A stretch of DNA of 64,000 bases from Spizellomyces punctatus DAOM BR117 (lineage: Eukaryota): NCBI GenBank assembly GCA_000182565.2, contig KQ257454.1. One strand, 5' to 3'. A program made the position numbers and the translations under genes. This document shows, piece after piece, positions 26,303 to 40,221 of this stretch (position 1 is its first letter; each line of letters starts with the position of its first letter). The notes below the pieces were generated by a model. That model saw nothing but the letters and a program-made list of their open reading frames with translations, searched no databases and was not told where the DNA came from.

Positions 26303-27204
26303 ATGCACTCTATGCAAGGCGCTGTCGCTCTTGTGCTTCTGGTCGCATCCAGCGTTAACGCGGCTGCCTTGCCTTTTAATCCGCTCGCCCCGCGTGCGGC
26401 GGTTTGCGACGCTAATGCTCGCGCATGCAGCGCTCAATCTCCATCTCCCGATAGCTGCTGCATTCCCGAAAACGGTATCATCGTTTTTGCCCAGCAGTGG
26501 CTGAAAGGATATTGTGCGTCTTCAAGCTGCCGAATTACTCCGCCGAACTACTGGACCATCCACGGTGCATGGCCTGACACCTGCAGTGGCCAACAGGTAG
26601 GCCCACTTGTCATTATATATCGGATGATTAGTAGAAGATACATGTCTCAACTTTCTCTCTATCCAGACTGGGTCGTGTTCCGACGTTTCCTACTCCAATG
26701 TTGCGGGTTTGGTTCAAAGCTACGACAGCTCGGTTTATAACCAAATGAAGCAATTCTGGCCTAGTTACACTGGTGACAACAATGATTTCTGGACCCACGA
26801 GTGGGAAAAGCACGGTTCCTGCTACTCGCCGGCGGATGTCTCTGTAAGTATTCCCAGAGGATTCCGTCATTGGATACCATATTGAGCCGTGTTTCTAGTG
26901 CTTCCCCAACTTTAAGCAAGGGCAGGATCTTACGACCTACTTCCGTTACGGTTTGAACTTGCGCAACAAGTTTAACATTGGTACCGCCCTCAGCAACGCC
27001 GGCATCAACCCTGGTGGCAGCTACTCTTTGACTCAATTGCGTAGCGCGATTACCAAGACTTACCCGAACATGAAGATGTACTTCAAGTGCAAGGGTAAAA
27101 CCCTCACGGAGGTGTACATTGGCGTGTACGCGACCGCCACTGGAGGTGTGGCGGGTGCCTCTTTCTCGGGTTCAGACAGCTGCCCAGCGACGGTCTCGTA
27201 CTGA
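26303..27204 (+). CDS. Secreted ribonuclease T2
   Basis: Signal peptide (VALVLLVASSVNA), fungal DSCC motif, CAS I WTIHGAWPD, CAS II FWTHEWEKHGSC; two introns. Confidence 0.93.
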
Positions 27205-27673
27205 ACATAATTTGTTGAGCACCTGAGACGACTTCACGCCGCGGGGATAATGGCTGGTTCATCTAATCCCGCTGTATAGACCTCATGTATACCTGTCTCT
27301 ACGTGTAGACCTTTTGTACTCGTCTTGTGAACGGAGATCTTTGTTATGGTTCGTGACTTTCTCTGTACCTTTGTCTCCCACATTGAAACGCGATCATGAT
27401 TTACCACCACGGCGCTCGTGTAATATGAGTTTCTTGGCGATTTCCCCACTGTACAGGCAAAAGACAAGATGCACAGTGAGTATACCTTCGATACAACTAA
27501 CTTTGTAGACAATTTTAATTAAGAATATGAGCAAAGCTACTGAGACGGATAGGGAGAATATTTATATTTGCACTTAAGCGTGCAAGAATGTGTTTAGCTA
27601 TAGCATCATCAGCCGATTCCGTTTGAATTCATGTTAGAAATAGCTTTTTCACCCTTTTTGTCAGGTCCCTATA

Positions 27674-28576
27674 CTATTGACCTCGATGGTGGTGAATCGG
27701 CGCTCCCTATCACCTATCACTGTTCCGTCCATTAGCTAACCATGTATTGACCATATAAAATGCGAGGAACTTACATATCCACCGCCATATCCGCCTTGAC
27801 CGCCATATTCACCTTGACCTCCGCCATATCCGCCTTGACCTCCGCCATATCCGCCTTGACCTCCGCCATATCCGCCTTGACCTCCGCCATATCCGCCTTG
27901 ACCGCCACCATATCCACCTTGACCGCCACCATATCCGCCTTGACCGCCACCATATCCACCTTGACCGCCACCATATCCGCCTTGACCTCCGCCATATCCG
28001 CCTTGACCGCCACCATATCCACCTTGACCGCCACCATATCCACCTTGACCGCCACCATATCCACCTTGACCGCCATATCCGCCTTGAAAAGCACCCGTCG
28101 GGGCGACGTTTCCTTGCCCATATTGCTCATCCGCCAACTATTGTCAAAAGTGAGCGACACGAACGAGAGTGCGGCGACCTAACTTTTCATTACCCTATGG
28201 GCTTGTGCAATCGCTTGCTGTTTCGCTCTGTCACGATCAAGCCAATCCAGTCCTTTGGTTTCAAACAACTTGTCCACTTCTGCGGCTGCTAGCCCTGCAA
28301 GAATCTCCTTCATCTGGCTATGCGACTGGGGCTGTCCATTCGCCGCACAGTGGCGCTCGTACGATTTCATAGCTTCATACCCGGCAGCGCCTGCAATGAC
28401 TTGAAGGTTTATAATGTTAGAATATGTGACTTTTTCGCTTACAAATCGAAAGCACGTCGCATACTCTCATGCGACCAGGAACTCTTGTGATGGTGTTCAA
28501 CACGCTCGGTATTGTATACTTCCTGGTTGCGCTGTTGCGCATCACCAAACCCCAAAAGATTCTCAAAATAGCCCAT
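27674..28576 (-). CDS. CipC-like (DUF3759) protein with Gly/Tyr/Gln-rich repeat tail
   Basis: Spliced MGYFENLLGF...HKSSWSHEIIAGAAGYEAMKSYERHCAANGQPQSHSQMKEILAGLAAAEVDKLFETKGLDWLDRDRAKQQA matches the CipC/DUF3759 pattern. The last exon (GAPIHHHRGQ*) is less certain. Confidence 0.85.
27775..28083 (-). repeat. Coding 21-bp tandem repeat: 12 perfect GGYGGGQ units plus flanking variants
   Basis: Units such as ccgccaccatatccaccttga and cctccgccatatccgccttga are visible on the + strand and differ mainly at synonymous positions. Confidence 0.97.
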
Positions 28577-29946
28577 TGTCGGTTGATAAGCGGTCGTTGA
28601 AGACCTGCTCGCTAGCCTTATAACTTTGGTCTCAAGGCCAAAACGCCAACATTACATCTTTTTAGAATGTTCCATAAGGGCTTGGAGTAGAATGTTCCTA
28701 GATTTTAGAAGGGTCTTGTGTCTCCCGCCTTCCCAGCCGTCACGGATCGTATTACACGTCACCAACGACAAGTCACCGTACCGCTACAACGCTGACTGTG
28801 CCTGCATCTTTACGTGCTGAGGAAAATCAGATAAGGACTACGAAATCTTCAAAGGAGAAAGTGTTGAACGGTCAACGACGAGTGTCACGAATATGAAACG
28901 ATGCCAATAACAAGGCAGTTCAACCCCCACGTCAAACAAAGCGAGAATCTCATTGCATAACCCTAAGCAACCCTGTCCTTGCTTTTCGTCTCTGCCATCG
29001 CTTCTTACTCATTGCCGTCCACCTTCAGGCAATGTGATTCATGCGCTACATGTTTTGCTGGATGTGCATTAACGGCAGACACAATGCTGTTCCACCTCAC
29101 CAGCTCAAATGATTTTCTATGTATGCTGGCCTTTTTATTACCACTGTGAATGCACAACTCATCAACTTGGTGTACCGGATACATTGGTTCGATATGATTC
29201 ACGTGAAGGCCTTTTCCCATTGGTCAATGATCGCCATAGCAACAGCATCCTTTTAACCAAGTTGAATTTCTTTTTGAAATGTTTCCCATTTTACTTTCTC
29301 CTCGTAACCATTTGAACGCGACCACAGGGCCAGTTTCGACGCACTGCAGTTTGCACACTAGTAAACGGCACTGCAGTCGACTGGCATTGCTAGGGTGGTG
29401 CGTAGGTTTGTGGCATCCAATGCCCGCACAAGCGCGGTGTTCCAAAGTCCAGTCTCCGATGATGCCTTTAACAATTTGTCAAAGCTCAACAGACTGAATA
29501 CATTACTGTAGAGACTTTCTTCTTCACCCTGAGGAGATTCTGGACTTGGAAACACCGGTTTTGCTTGTGATGTCGCGCTGGGTGTAGCTTGCCACCCAGA
29601 AGAGGGACAGGAGGTGTCGTCAGTCATTCTCCCGAACATTTAGAACGTTGGGTTTGTTTTGATGCCCACCAGAACCTCAAAATACCATAATTATTGCATA
29701 TCATAAAGGTTGTCCGGCTATTGGACAGTGCAGCTCACTGGAAAAAGTCTCCAGGGCAATGTCATGCCCTGGCTTGCCAGCGTCCCGTCTCTCCTTGAGA
29801 AGACATCCAGTGTATTATTCCAGACGCCATTGTCGTTAAGGATCGTCAAGTGCAGATCAATGGGACCGTTGGTGGAAGCAGATCATAGAACGTCACTTCC
29901 GATCGCTTGAGTCATCAAAATGGTTCAACGATCGCGCGCGTTGTGA

Positions 29947-31800
29947 ATGCTTCCTCTGTACGTCCCAGCTTTACATCAAGGAAACACTTGTCTTGTCATG
30001 TCGTGCAGGTCATTCCTGTTGCGTTTTCCAGGCAGCACGCGGACATTTGCGCGCCAGCCGCAACTATCTCCAGCATTCAGAACCTCCCCTTTCACCTGCC
30101 CGCCCAAACGCAATGTGCAAAACATACAGCTTCGAGCATTCACAGCAACGCATTCTAGAGGGCAACGCATAATAATTCAACCCGGTCCAGAGTGGCGGGG
30201 CCGGCGAGATCAAGAATATGAGTACTTTAAACAACGTAGGTTCTAGCTGCAACAGCATATTTCAAGTTTATGGACATTTGATATATATCACCATTCACAT
30301 TCAGAGCCCCCACCCTTTTGGCAAAATAAGACATTTTTAATGTGGACTGCAGCAGGTGGAGGTCTTTTTGGAGCGTATTATGTCAGGTACCACCAGTTTC
30401 GTTGCAGAGTGCGTGCAAGGGAATGGTCCTGATTATCGATTGAAGCCATCTGGAAACAGTCCCCATAACAGGTGAGACTCGAGAATATGTCAATTTTAAA
30501 GATAATAGAGTAGGCTCATCACGATATGGCAGGCCGAAAAAGATTCATTGATGTGACTCCTCAACAAGAAAAGATGATGGCCAAGCAGGTAGGAACCCCT
30601 CTCGTGCAGATCGGTCGATTTATGATTGGTATTGGTATTGAATAAAGCGATGAATGTTCTGCTGTCCAGGCATTTCAGCAAGTGATGGCTCAGTATGGTC
30701 CGAAAATATTACCATCTTGGCATCCGTATTCCCTTTTTGTGCGCCGGGTAGCGGAGAGATTAATTAAGGGTAGGCGCACATCCACGCAAGTGACCAAACG
30801 GCAATCGACTAAGAGCTGCACCTATCTGTCTTTCAAGTGACTGGAATGAGTAATCTCCACTGGGAAGTGTACGTCATTGAAGACCCGCAGAAGAACGCTT
30901 TTGTTTTACCAGGTTATCTCTCTGAGATCGTCACACTCTTTATACATCCAAAGTCTAAGATGTGTATGATGCAGGCGGAAAAATCTTTGTCTTCACCGGC
31001 CTGATTCCCATTGTAGAGGACGAAAACGGCATGGCCGCAGTACTTGGGCACGAAGTGAGTCTCATCTTTGGAAATAGAGTGGCAATATCCATCGCTCATC
31101 ACTCTGTCCGACTTTTCAGATTGCACACCAAATTGCACGCCATTCCGCTGAAAAGCTCTCTTGGGCTAAAATATTGATTGTAGCGCAACTGCTCATGGCG
31201 TACATTTTTGACCCGGGGATGCTCTTTAGTCGTTTGTTCCTAGAGCTTGGCATCTTGATGCCTTTCTCCCGCAAAATGGAGTCGGAAGCAGACTACATTG
31301 GTACGGACAATTCGGTCCTATGAAGCTGTACACAACCTCACTAATTGCCCCACCATTGTAGGACTGAGGCTCATGGCGCAGGCCTGCTATGACCCGGTGG
31401 CGGCAGTGGGTTTATGGGAGGTACATATGAAGCATCATGATTAACACATTAATTGACGCTATCTCACAATCTGTCAACTTTCTAGCGCATGAAGGAGGCT
31501 CAGAGGAGCTCAAAGTTGCTCGAGTATGTCAGTACACATCCCAGCCCGGGTGAGTTGACTTGGGATTGGTACTAAATTACGAGGACATATCTGACGATGG
31601 GATGGATATTAGAGAAACGGATACAGAAGATTACTGAATGGCTACCCGAGGCAGAGATGATTAGAGAAGAGTCGGACTGTGAACATGTAATGTTTGGCAT
31701 CGTTGTCCAAAAGTCAAGTGGACTTGCTAACGCGAAAAAATTCCATCAGACCGCATCCATCATGGATAGCTTCCGCCACCTACCACGGCCCATTTGGTAG
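29947..31800 (+). CDS. OMA1: Mitochondrial M48 metalloprotease Oma1
   Basis: HLETVPITGRKRF, WEVYVIEDPQKNAFVLPGGKIFVFTG, HEIAH zinc motif split by an intron, FSRKMESEADYIG, STHPS. Confidence 0.92.
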
Positions 31801-32070
31801 CGATTTATTATGAATATCTATGAACATTTCGGTGAAGGCATTTTGGAGCGCTCTATCTCCTGTGTTTGAATTTTATGAACGGCGTGGCTTCACGTTAGAT
31901 TCCGATATAATGGCTTTCTCTGTTACGTTGACTGTCTTTACAACATCCAAAAAAGGTACCACTTTCCCGTTGGTATATTAAATTCTTCCTCCGTGAAATC
32001 CTTGAGTGGCTTCCTCGACTGTAGCACCCGACAGAGATTACGACCTCCTTGAAGTGCTTCTGAATTCAAC

Positions 32071-34602
32071 TTACTGGGCTGACACTGTAGCAGCAGCTGA
32101 CGCTCGTACATTATCTAACATCCGAGTTGCACTGTAATTGTTCGCACCAGCAGGTGCATAGTGCACATTTGTTTCCGATCTTGGCACCAAACTTTCCGGT
32201 TCGCGCTTTTCTGTGGGTGGGTCATGCGATTCTACAATTGTCACACGCTTCTTAATCCCCTCGGCGCTGCGAGGTGGTGTAACAGGAGCAGGCAAAGGTT
32301 TGTCCTGTGCCAGCACGTCTTCCTGCCATTTATGTAAGGTGGGTGCAGGTGTAGGCGGTTTGATGTTCGAAGGCTGTTGTGCGATAGTTCCCAGATCCGC
32401 CGGACGTTGCTTCGGGAATAATTCTGGGTGGCTTTGCATGAATTTCAGCGCGTATTCGTCCGCATCCGTCAAGATGAAGGGATGGTGGAAGAAGACAAGT
32501 TCGGCACCTGAAAGTTCATTTTAGGGCTCTCTGCTGCTGAATAGATTGATAAAAACAAATGCTTCAAACGTACCAATATGAAAGTCTTCTGCTGCGTAGA
32601 ATCCAACGCCATCTGGCTTCCTAATTCTCTGTTTTTCCAAGAACTTGCCCCCTACAATACCAGTATTTCGCGCCTTTGGCTCAAAGACACTGACAGTATC
32701 ATCTGCAACATAGAATGACACCACAAAACGTCGATCACGATCCACCTGTTTTGTTGCGCGGAGAACAGCCGAGAACCGGAGAACGACACCGTCGTAAAGC
32801 ATGAGTTTTCTGAAGTCTTTTTTGGGCGGTACAGAGGCCCCGATCATGGGCACAGCGGTTGTGGGCATTGGAGCATTGGCTTGACCAACCGCGGCTGGTG
32901 TCAAGGGTGAGGGTGGGAGCAAAAGTTCGTAATTGCCCTGCACCACATTTTGGGGGATTTCGGAAGCCGCCACGTCAGAGTCATGTTGTTCATAGTCTTC
33001 AATACGAACGGGGTCAAAAGTCTCCACTCCATACTTTTCATAGTAATAGTCCTTGGTAAAATCATCACAATCGCAAACCACAAATGGACGGCCATACAAA
33101 TGCAACACGGCTCCAATCATGAAATCCCGTTCGTTAAAATACTCGCCATCACTCGATTCATTGTTATGTCCGTACAAAAAGTGTCGCATTCTTTTGGGTA
33201 ATTTACTCCGACGTAAGAAAAGGGTGTTTGAATCTCGCCCGGCATTCGCAGGGATATGTTCACGAATCTCGATCGTATCATCGGACAGGTAGTAGTGAAC
33301 CACCATTTGACGCAGATCGCCAAACACGCTGTTGGTGTCATCCCAGACGCAGTAGAAGCGGAGGACCCGACGATCGTTCTCAAGGAACTTTTTGAGGGAT
33401 GTCTGAGGTGGACGGGGGCGAGTTGCTCGCATACGGGATTTGAGCTCGTCACGATGTGCGGTGTAGGGATCCACCGGAAAAGTGCCATTTTCGGGTACGT
33501 TTATGTTGAGTGAGTGAAGGAAATCCTGTTGCAAAAAGATGTCTTGATGAGAATCTTGTTCGTACTTAACCAAGGGAAATTTGTCACTCACCTCGGTAAA
33601 CTTGTCACAACCAACAATCTTGAACGTCCTAGCATAGAATGTAACCTCCTTTCCAACATTGAAATCTGCCACAGTGTAGTGCTGTCCAACTTCGGATTCG
33701 GGTTTTGGAATCCGATGTCGACGAATTAATGTACCTAGTGACCGAGACAAATCAGTCATCTAATGGTTAAGCAGGAAGAAGAAAACACATTTTCCATATC
33801 CAACCTTGTGGGATGCCGCTGTTTACGGTTTTTGGCTCGCTAACGTGAACGGAGTCGTCTTCAAGGTAAAAATAAATGTTCACCCTGACGTGGAGCGAAC
33901 ATGCTCAGATCAGCGATGCTGCAAACGGTAGGAGGGAATATGAACGTACTTTCGCACACGGTACTGCTCCTCTCGTCTTTCGTGAACCGCTTCTTGAAAG
34001 TATGCATAGAAGCGGAGAACCTGACCACATGAGAGATAACTTGGGTTAGCCAGATGTTGTACTGGTACGTTTCTCACATCAATCATGTCGCCAAGATTGA
34101 GCAGTAATTCCCTGCTGTCTGTGAGTACACCGCACGACCCACCTTTCGATCAAACGCAACCCAAGCAGGTACTCCCTCCCCGGCATTATCGCTATGCGGA
34201 TATAACTCGACAGATGTGTGAATCTTGCTTCGTTCCTGTCCGTGAATGGGGATACCGCCTATGAAAAAAGGAACGATTCAACCTTTGGTCGCAAAAGGAC
34301 CAACTGCGTTATTATCAATGTTTTTACCAATCCCCGGGGCTTCCTTGAAGACCGCTACTCCATTGCTGTAGTCGAATGCGTGAGATTTACGTTGATTTGG
34401 CAGGTCCTGTGGATGGAATAGAATACGCAAAGTTAAGATAAATATTGCACAAGGTTTTGCTCACATTTCACTCTCGAGAGGAAAAATACCGTATGCGCTC
34501 CAAAAGCACAGTCAACTGGAACTGTACCTTGTCCAAATCAAACTGAAAACCCGGCAAAAATGGCAGTTTGTGTTGCAGCTGGTGCAAAACCGGGTCTCTC
34601 AT
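32071..34602 (-). CDS. EFHC2: EFHC2-like Rib72 paralog (3 DM10 domains, Pro-rich tail)
   Basis: MRDPVLHQLQHKLPFLPGFQF start, PGIG, PAWVAFDRKVLRF, GTLIRRHRIPKP, three DM10 repeats. Confidence 0.85.
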
Positions 34603-35184
34603 GGTTTTCGCACGACACACAAGGAGTAAAGGAAAGCTTGCTAGTCTTGATCAAAGGACGTGATCGAAGCTGGACAAGATGAATCCGGAGAGGATTGCCC
34701 CAATTTGAAAATCTCCGATCATTTATATAATCCATAATTTCATACTTAAATTTTAAACCCCGCCTGCATTAGACTGCACATCCAGAGTAGGATACCTTCC
34801 ATAGGACTACTATCGTACTCTCCAACTCAGTACGGTTTTATATGTTACGTACATGGCAGAATCAATGATCATATTTCTTTAGGAAAACAAGAAAAACAAG
34901 ATGATCCTCAAATGAATATCCAACTTCGAAGAGCTTTGCTTGCTACCTTTTGCCTTGCAGACAACCTGCTTACGCTACCAGGTTACTCATGACTCATTCA
35001 ATTAACTTGGACCCAAACGCCCAATCTTCTGTTTGGACAGCTGCAACCACTGCCAACAGATAACCGCCATCAGTGGAGGAAAGGAGAGGTCTGCGTAATA
35101 AGCGCCTTTCATCGAGAATAACAGAGCCTGGAGTTCGTCATTCGCACAATCATCCCACACAGTCACGTCTCGCATCGGTTAGCC

Positions 35185-36055
<871 letters not shown>

Positions 36056-37080
36056 TATACGTGGTTGATCACTTACGGCACCGGACGATGCCCTTTGTAT
36101 ATTGATGATGAAGGGATGTAGAGGTCGCTGATAATACACGAATGAAAAATGCTGACAGGACAATGTTGCAATGTTTGGTTGGATTAATTTGAGTTGGGGC
36201 TTTAATTGGCCACATCAAGACATTTTCAACATTGATCCACTTGGAGGGGGTGGAGATGTCGGGAACGGGCGAAAAGGACCAATTTGCTCTGCGGGTTCGT
36301 TGGGTAATGGCGTTTGCTGGCAAGGACGGTGCAGACATTCTGCGAAAATTGTTATGGAACAGATTCCGGGCGGCCGCGAGAAAGCCAACATCATAATATA
36401 AAATTATTCCATCTTATCTCTGCAGATCGGATAAGGACATCTTCGTGGATGCTTATAACCACAATTCTGGAACTGCTCTCGCGCCCATTGCATGTGAGAA
36501 TGTGGACTTTTTATCGAATTGAATGCCTGTAAAAAAGTTTGATTACAGTTCGATTGGTTTGCTGAATGTTCCGCTTTAGTGACTGCGGCTATGCTTGTAT
36601 TTGCTAGACTGTTCTTCCAAGTCACCAGGGCTTGTCGAGCATGCGTAGCAAGTTGTTGTGTTAGTCTGCAAAAGTTACACTGCAGTTAAACCCGCTTATG
36701 GTTGTAAGCAATGCTTGCGAGTTCAGCCCAACGTTCAGGCACTACGCGGGAGACGGAATAATCTGGCTGTCTAGTCTCGTTCTAGGCTGAAGACCATATA
36801 CTCATCCTGCATCACTACGTATACAGCAACAACAACCCTATGCAGTTGCACTGGGTCACGGAGAGTGACAAGCCCAATAGTTTGTTCAACAAAGTGCTGG
36901 AACCTTGATCCCAGCAACTATGCACGTGACATTATATTACGTAATTGAAACACGTCGGTTGGCGGACTCTGCTATCCAGCGCAAGCCAATGCTAAATAAA
37001 AGCACGGGTATATTTAGTCTATCACTCTTCTTTTTGATCGGTCAGTTGAACCCTCAACCTTCATACAAGAGATCGACGCC

Positions 37081-38168
37081 ATGACACGTAGCAGTAATCC
37101 AGCTGTCACTGCCCTCTTGTCCCACTTCCCCAGACCTCCCACGCACATACCTGTCCAGGAAAAATCCAAGGACCTGTCTGAGTCACCGCCAAAAAGTGCC
37201 AAGCGGCGTGAACATCCAATAACAAGCCCAAACGGCGGAGACGACGAGACAAGGATCAGTTTGGACAGACTGGATAAGGAATTGCCGCAACTTCCATACA
37301 TTACACCATTATCGCTAGAATTTCCAGACTTTGCTGCAGATTCGCTACCTGAAATAGCTGTCCATGATGAGGACGATGTCGAGGAGGATGATGGGTTGGT
37401 AGAGGATGAGGTTATCAACGGGCGTCCACACAGGTAGAACGCTGTTATTTTGCTAGGATGGAATTCCATTACACGAGCGGGCATCTGAAATGGTTAGCAT
37501 ACCCATCCTCATAAGAATCCCTCGATTACTTCAGAGACTCCGCCACCAGCTCGTGTCACTTGAAGGTTTGACAACACCCAACATCTTTCGGGAAAGTGCA
37601 CCCGATGTGGAAGTAGAAATCAATCTATACCAGCTTGACCACTGCGAAGAGCTTACCACGACAGATGCGCTTGTACCCGCCACATGCATCAAAGTAACGT
37701 ATACATGCGCCAAGAAAAATGGAACACAGTGGCAGAAGTGATCTCAAAATATTGTTTCTGTATAGCATTACCTCCGGACCCTCCCCAACGTTCTCGCGAG
37801 CGATATCACTCTCCCTGTTGACATGACGGAAGATTCCTGTTGGCAGATCATCACCAACGATTTGCCAAGAGACAAGCGCGATCTGCTTTTATGGTGTCTG
37901 GACTTGATAGCAGTCGTCCTTCGAACCAGTGGCCAAGAAACCAACAATGTCTCCGTCTTATCGCTGGGTAAGTTTGCGTTTGCCAAGAAAAAAAAATATG
38001 TGTCTCTATTAACACAATTTTAAAGTCCGCACTTTTGCACCCAACCTTTATTCCCTTCCACCCACGAGCCCTGCACCCGACCTGATGAGGCTCACACTGC
38101 AGTTTACAAAGTTTGTTGAACTTGCACTAAAGAAAAACCTGAAAGATTCTTCAAGGCCCGTACCATGA
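37081..38168 (+). CDS. Small divergent RhoGAP-domain protein
   Basis: IPRLLQRL...EGLTTPNIFRESA (Arg finger), ATCIKHYLRTLP, NNVSVLSLVRTFAPNL; acidic/Pro-rich N-terminus. Confidence 0.7.
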
Positions 38169-38676
38169 CGCGCTGAGATAATCTTCAAGCCTTGTAACGT
38201 GATAGGAGTGTAATACGAATGACATCATAATGACATCAAACGAGAGAAAGTTGTATCTATAGTATGAAATGTGGCTTGTATCCCGACTGGCGCTGCGCAA
38301 AGGGATCGTTGGAAAGGACGATTGAATGGAAAGCAAGAGAAGGAAAAGGAGGGTACGGCGACAAGGGAAAACTTGGGTTTTTTTGTATGGAATTTCGCTT
38401 AATTTCCATCCGCAGTTGGTTTTTATTGCGAGCAACTCTCTTCTTTCCCCCCCCCCCCCCCGTCCTTCCTCCTAACGTTCGCCGCCCTTTACCCACCCAT
38501 TTTTATTTTTGAACAAGAATACCGATCGCACTTGCCCTTTGTTCGCATATCTCTCTGTTTCCTTTTTTTGTGTTAAACTAGCTCGTGTGAGGTCATTCCT
38601 ACGTGTTGGCCTGTCGCCTCCCCTATCCGCCATCGCCCCGCCGCTGCTGCTGTCTCCCCTTTTTTTTTTCTTTACC

Positions 38677-40221
38677 ATGTCGTCTGCTATGGTTTTCATG
38701 AGCGATACGCTGCCAACGCCAACGCTTTTGATGCAGCAGCCAGAAATTTCCCTGATGGACGGTCAGTATTTCCTGCCTGGGCTTTTTTTTGCCAAAAAGG
38801 AGGGCAACGGACGCTGTGTAGAGATATATCCGATTTTATGACGTTGCGAAAAAAAAACCATTCTGACCTTCATCCCTTTTTTTTGCTTGATTTGTCTGCA
38901 GACCCCGCCATTGCAACGCCGACGCGGTTCCTACAAGAGTGTTCAGAGTTCAAGTTTACGCCAGGTACATTTTTTGTTTTGTCTTTGGCCATGCCATCGT
39001 CGCCGTTTAGCTACCGGCTCGTTTCTATCAATGATTTGGTTAACGAACATATCAAAACCCCAGGCATCATCACACGCTATTGCTCCGGCGATTTCAATCC
39101 TTTTGAAAACAGCTTTAAAGAAAAGATGGAAGCTTCAGGAGTTCTTGGCGACGCAACAACGGAATCGATCCCATCCTCGACAATGCCTCCTTCTTCATGG
39201 CAGGCGCTTGCATCGTCCACACCTCTCACCATCCAGAAACGCACCTCAGTGCAACCTTTACACATACCCACACCCATGGACACGACCATCGGGTCTGGAT
39301 CTCCCGTTGATATCCATGCAACCACCATTCCACCGGTCGTTGCTCCCGCTGCTCTAGGAGTAGATCCTCATGTACACATGTACGTTAGTATGGAACCAAT
39401 GTCGATACCAATGTCAGCGCCTGCATCTGCATACCCGATGCACGTACATCCGCAGGAATTACAGCAAATGCCGCACATGCCGCAATTGGACACAATGCCC
39501 ACCATAGTGGATCCACAAGCACTAAAAGTTCATCGAGAAGAGCCGGTCGCTCCAAACCACAAGCTTCAGCGCGACAACCGGAGAGACTCTGCAATCAGTA
39601 CCACCACTTCAGAATCTGATGAACCTCGCAAGTCATCCCCTCCCCGAAACGGCAAGCGAAAAGGCGGCCCACCAACAGAAGAAGAACAAGATGAAAAGCG
39701 AAAGCGGTTCCTTGAAAGGAATCGGTTAGCTGGTAAGCAAATAATTACACGCAATCACGCATCCAAGGAGACTGTCCTCACACATGACATTTGTATAGCG
39801 TCCAAATGCCGAATGAAAAAGAAGCAGTGGCTACAAGACCTTGAAAACAGGTCAACAGATGCATCTGCCAAAAACCGACAGCTCCAAATGATTGTTACCC
39901 AGCTGAAGGAGGAAGTCATGATGTTGAAGAACCAGCTGCTCTTGCATCGAAACTGTAGCTGTAATGTCATTCAGCAGTACATTTCAACGTCGTCTCAGGT
40001 AAGATTTACCAAACCTGCAATTTTCTTTTATACTCGACTCTTATCCTCCAATTTTCTTTTTGCCATAGTTCACTGCCCACCTACACAATCCAGGTCAGCA
40101 CATGGACCCCGCTCACCTAAACGCAACGCCCCTCCCACCCTCGCACCATCCCCCAGTAGGAATGAGCCCCATGCCTCCCGTCGGCGTAGCACCCATGGTA
40201 CCAGTGGCTCAATCCTACTAA
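38677..40221 (+). CDS. ATF/CREB-family bZIP transcription factor (Atf1/ATF2-like)
   Basis: bZIP EKRKRFLERNRLAASKCRMKKKQW...LKNQLLLHRNCSC; N-terminal TPTRFL and NPFENSF motifs. Confidence 0.9.

Noticed and set aside
27760-28182. Alternative-frame repeat ORFs (TAISALT and VKADMAE repeats)
   Set aside because: By-products of a stop-free 21-bp repeat; variation is mainly synonymous only in the GGYGGGQ frame.
29358-29639. 93-aa minus-strand ORF
   Set aside because: No recognisable motif or supporting exon structure.
36104-36160. C/D-box snoRNA-like motifs (ATGATGA...CTGA), also near 50108-50160
   Set aside because: Short, no terminal stem and no convincing rRNA complementarity.
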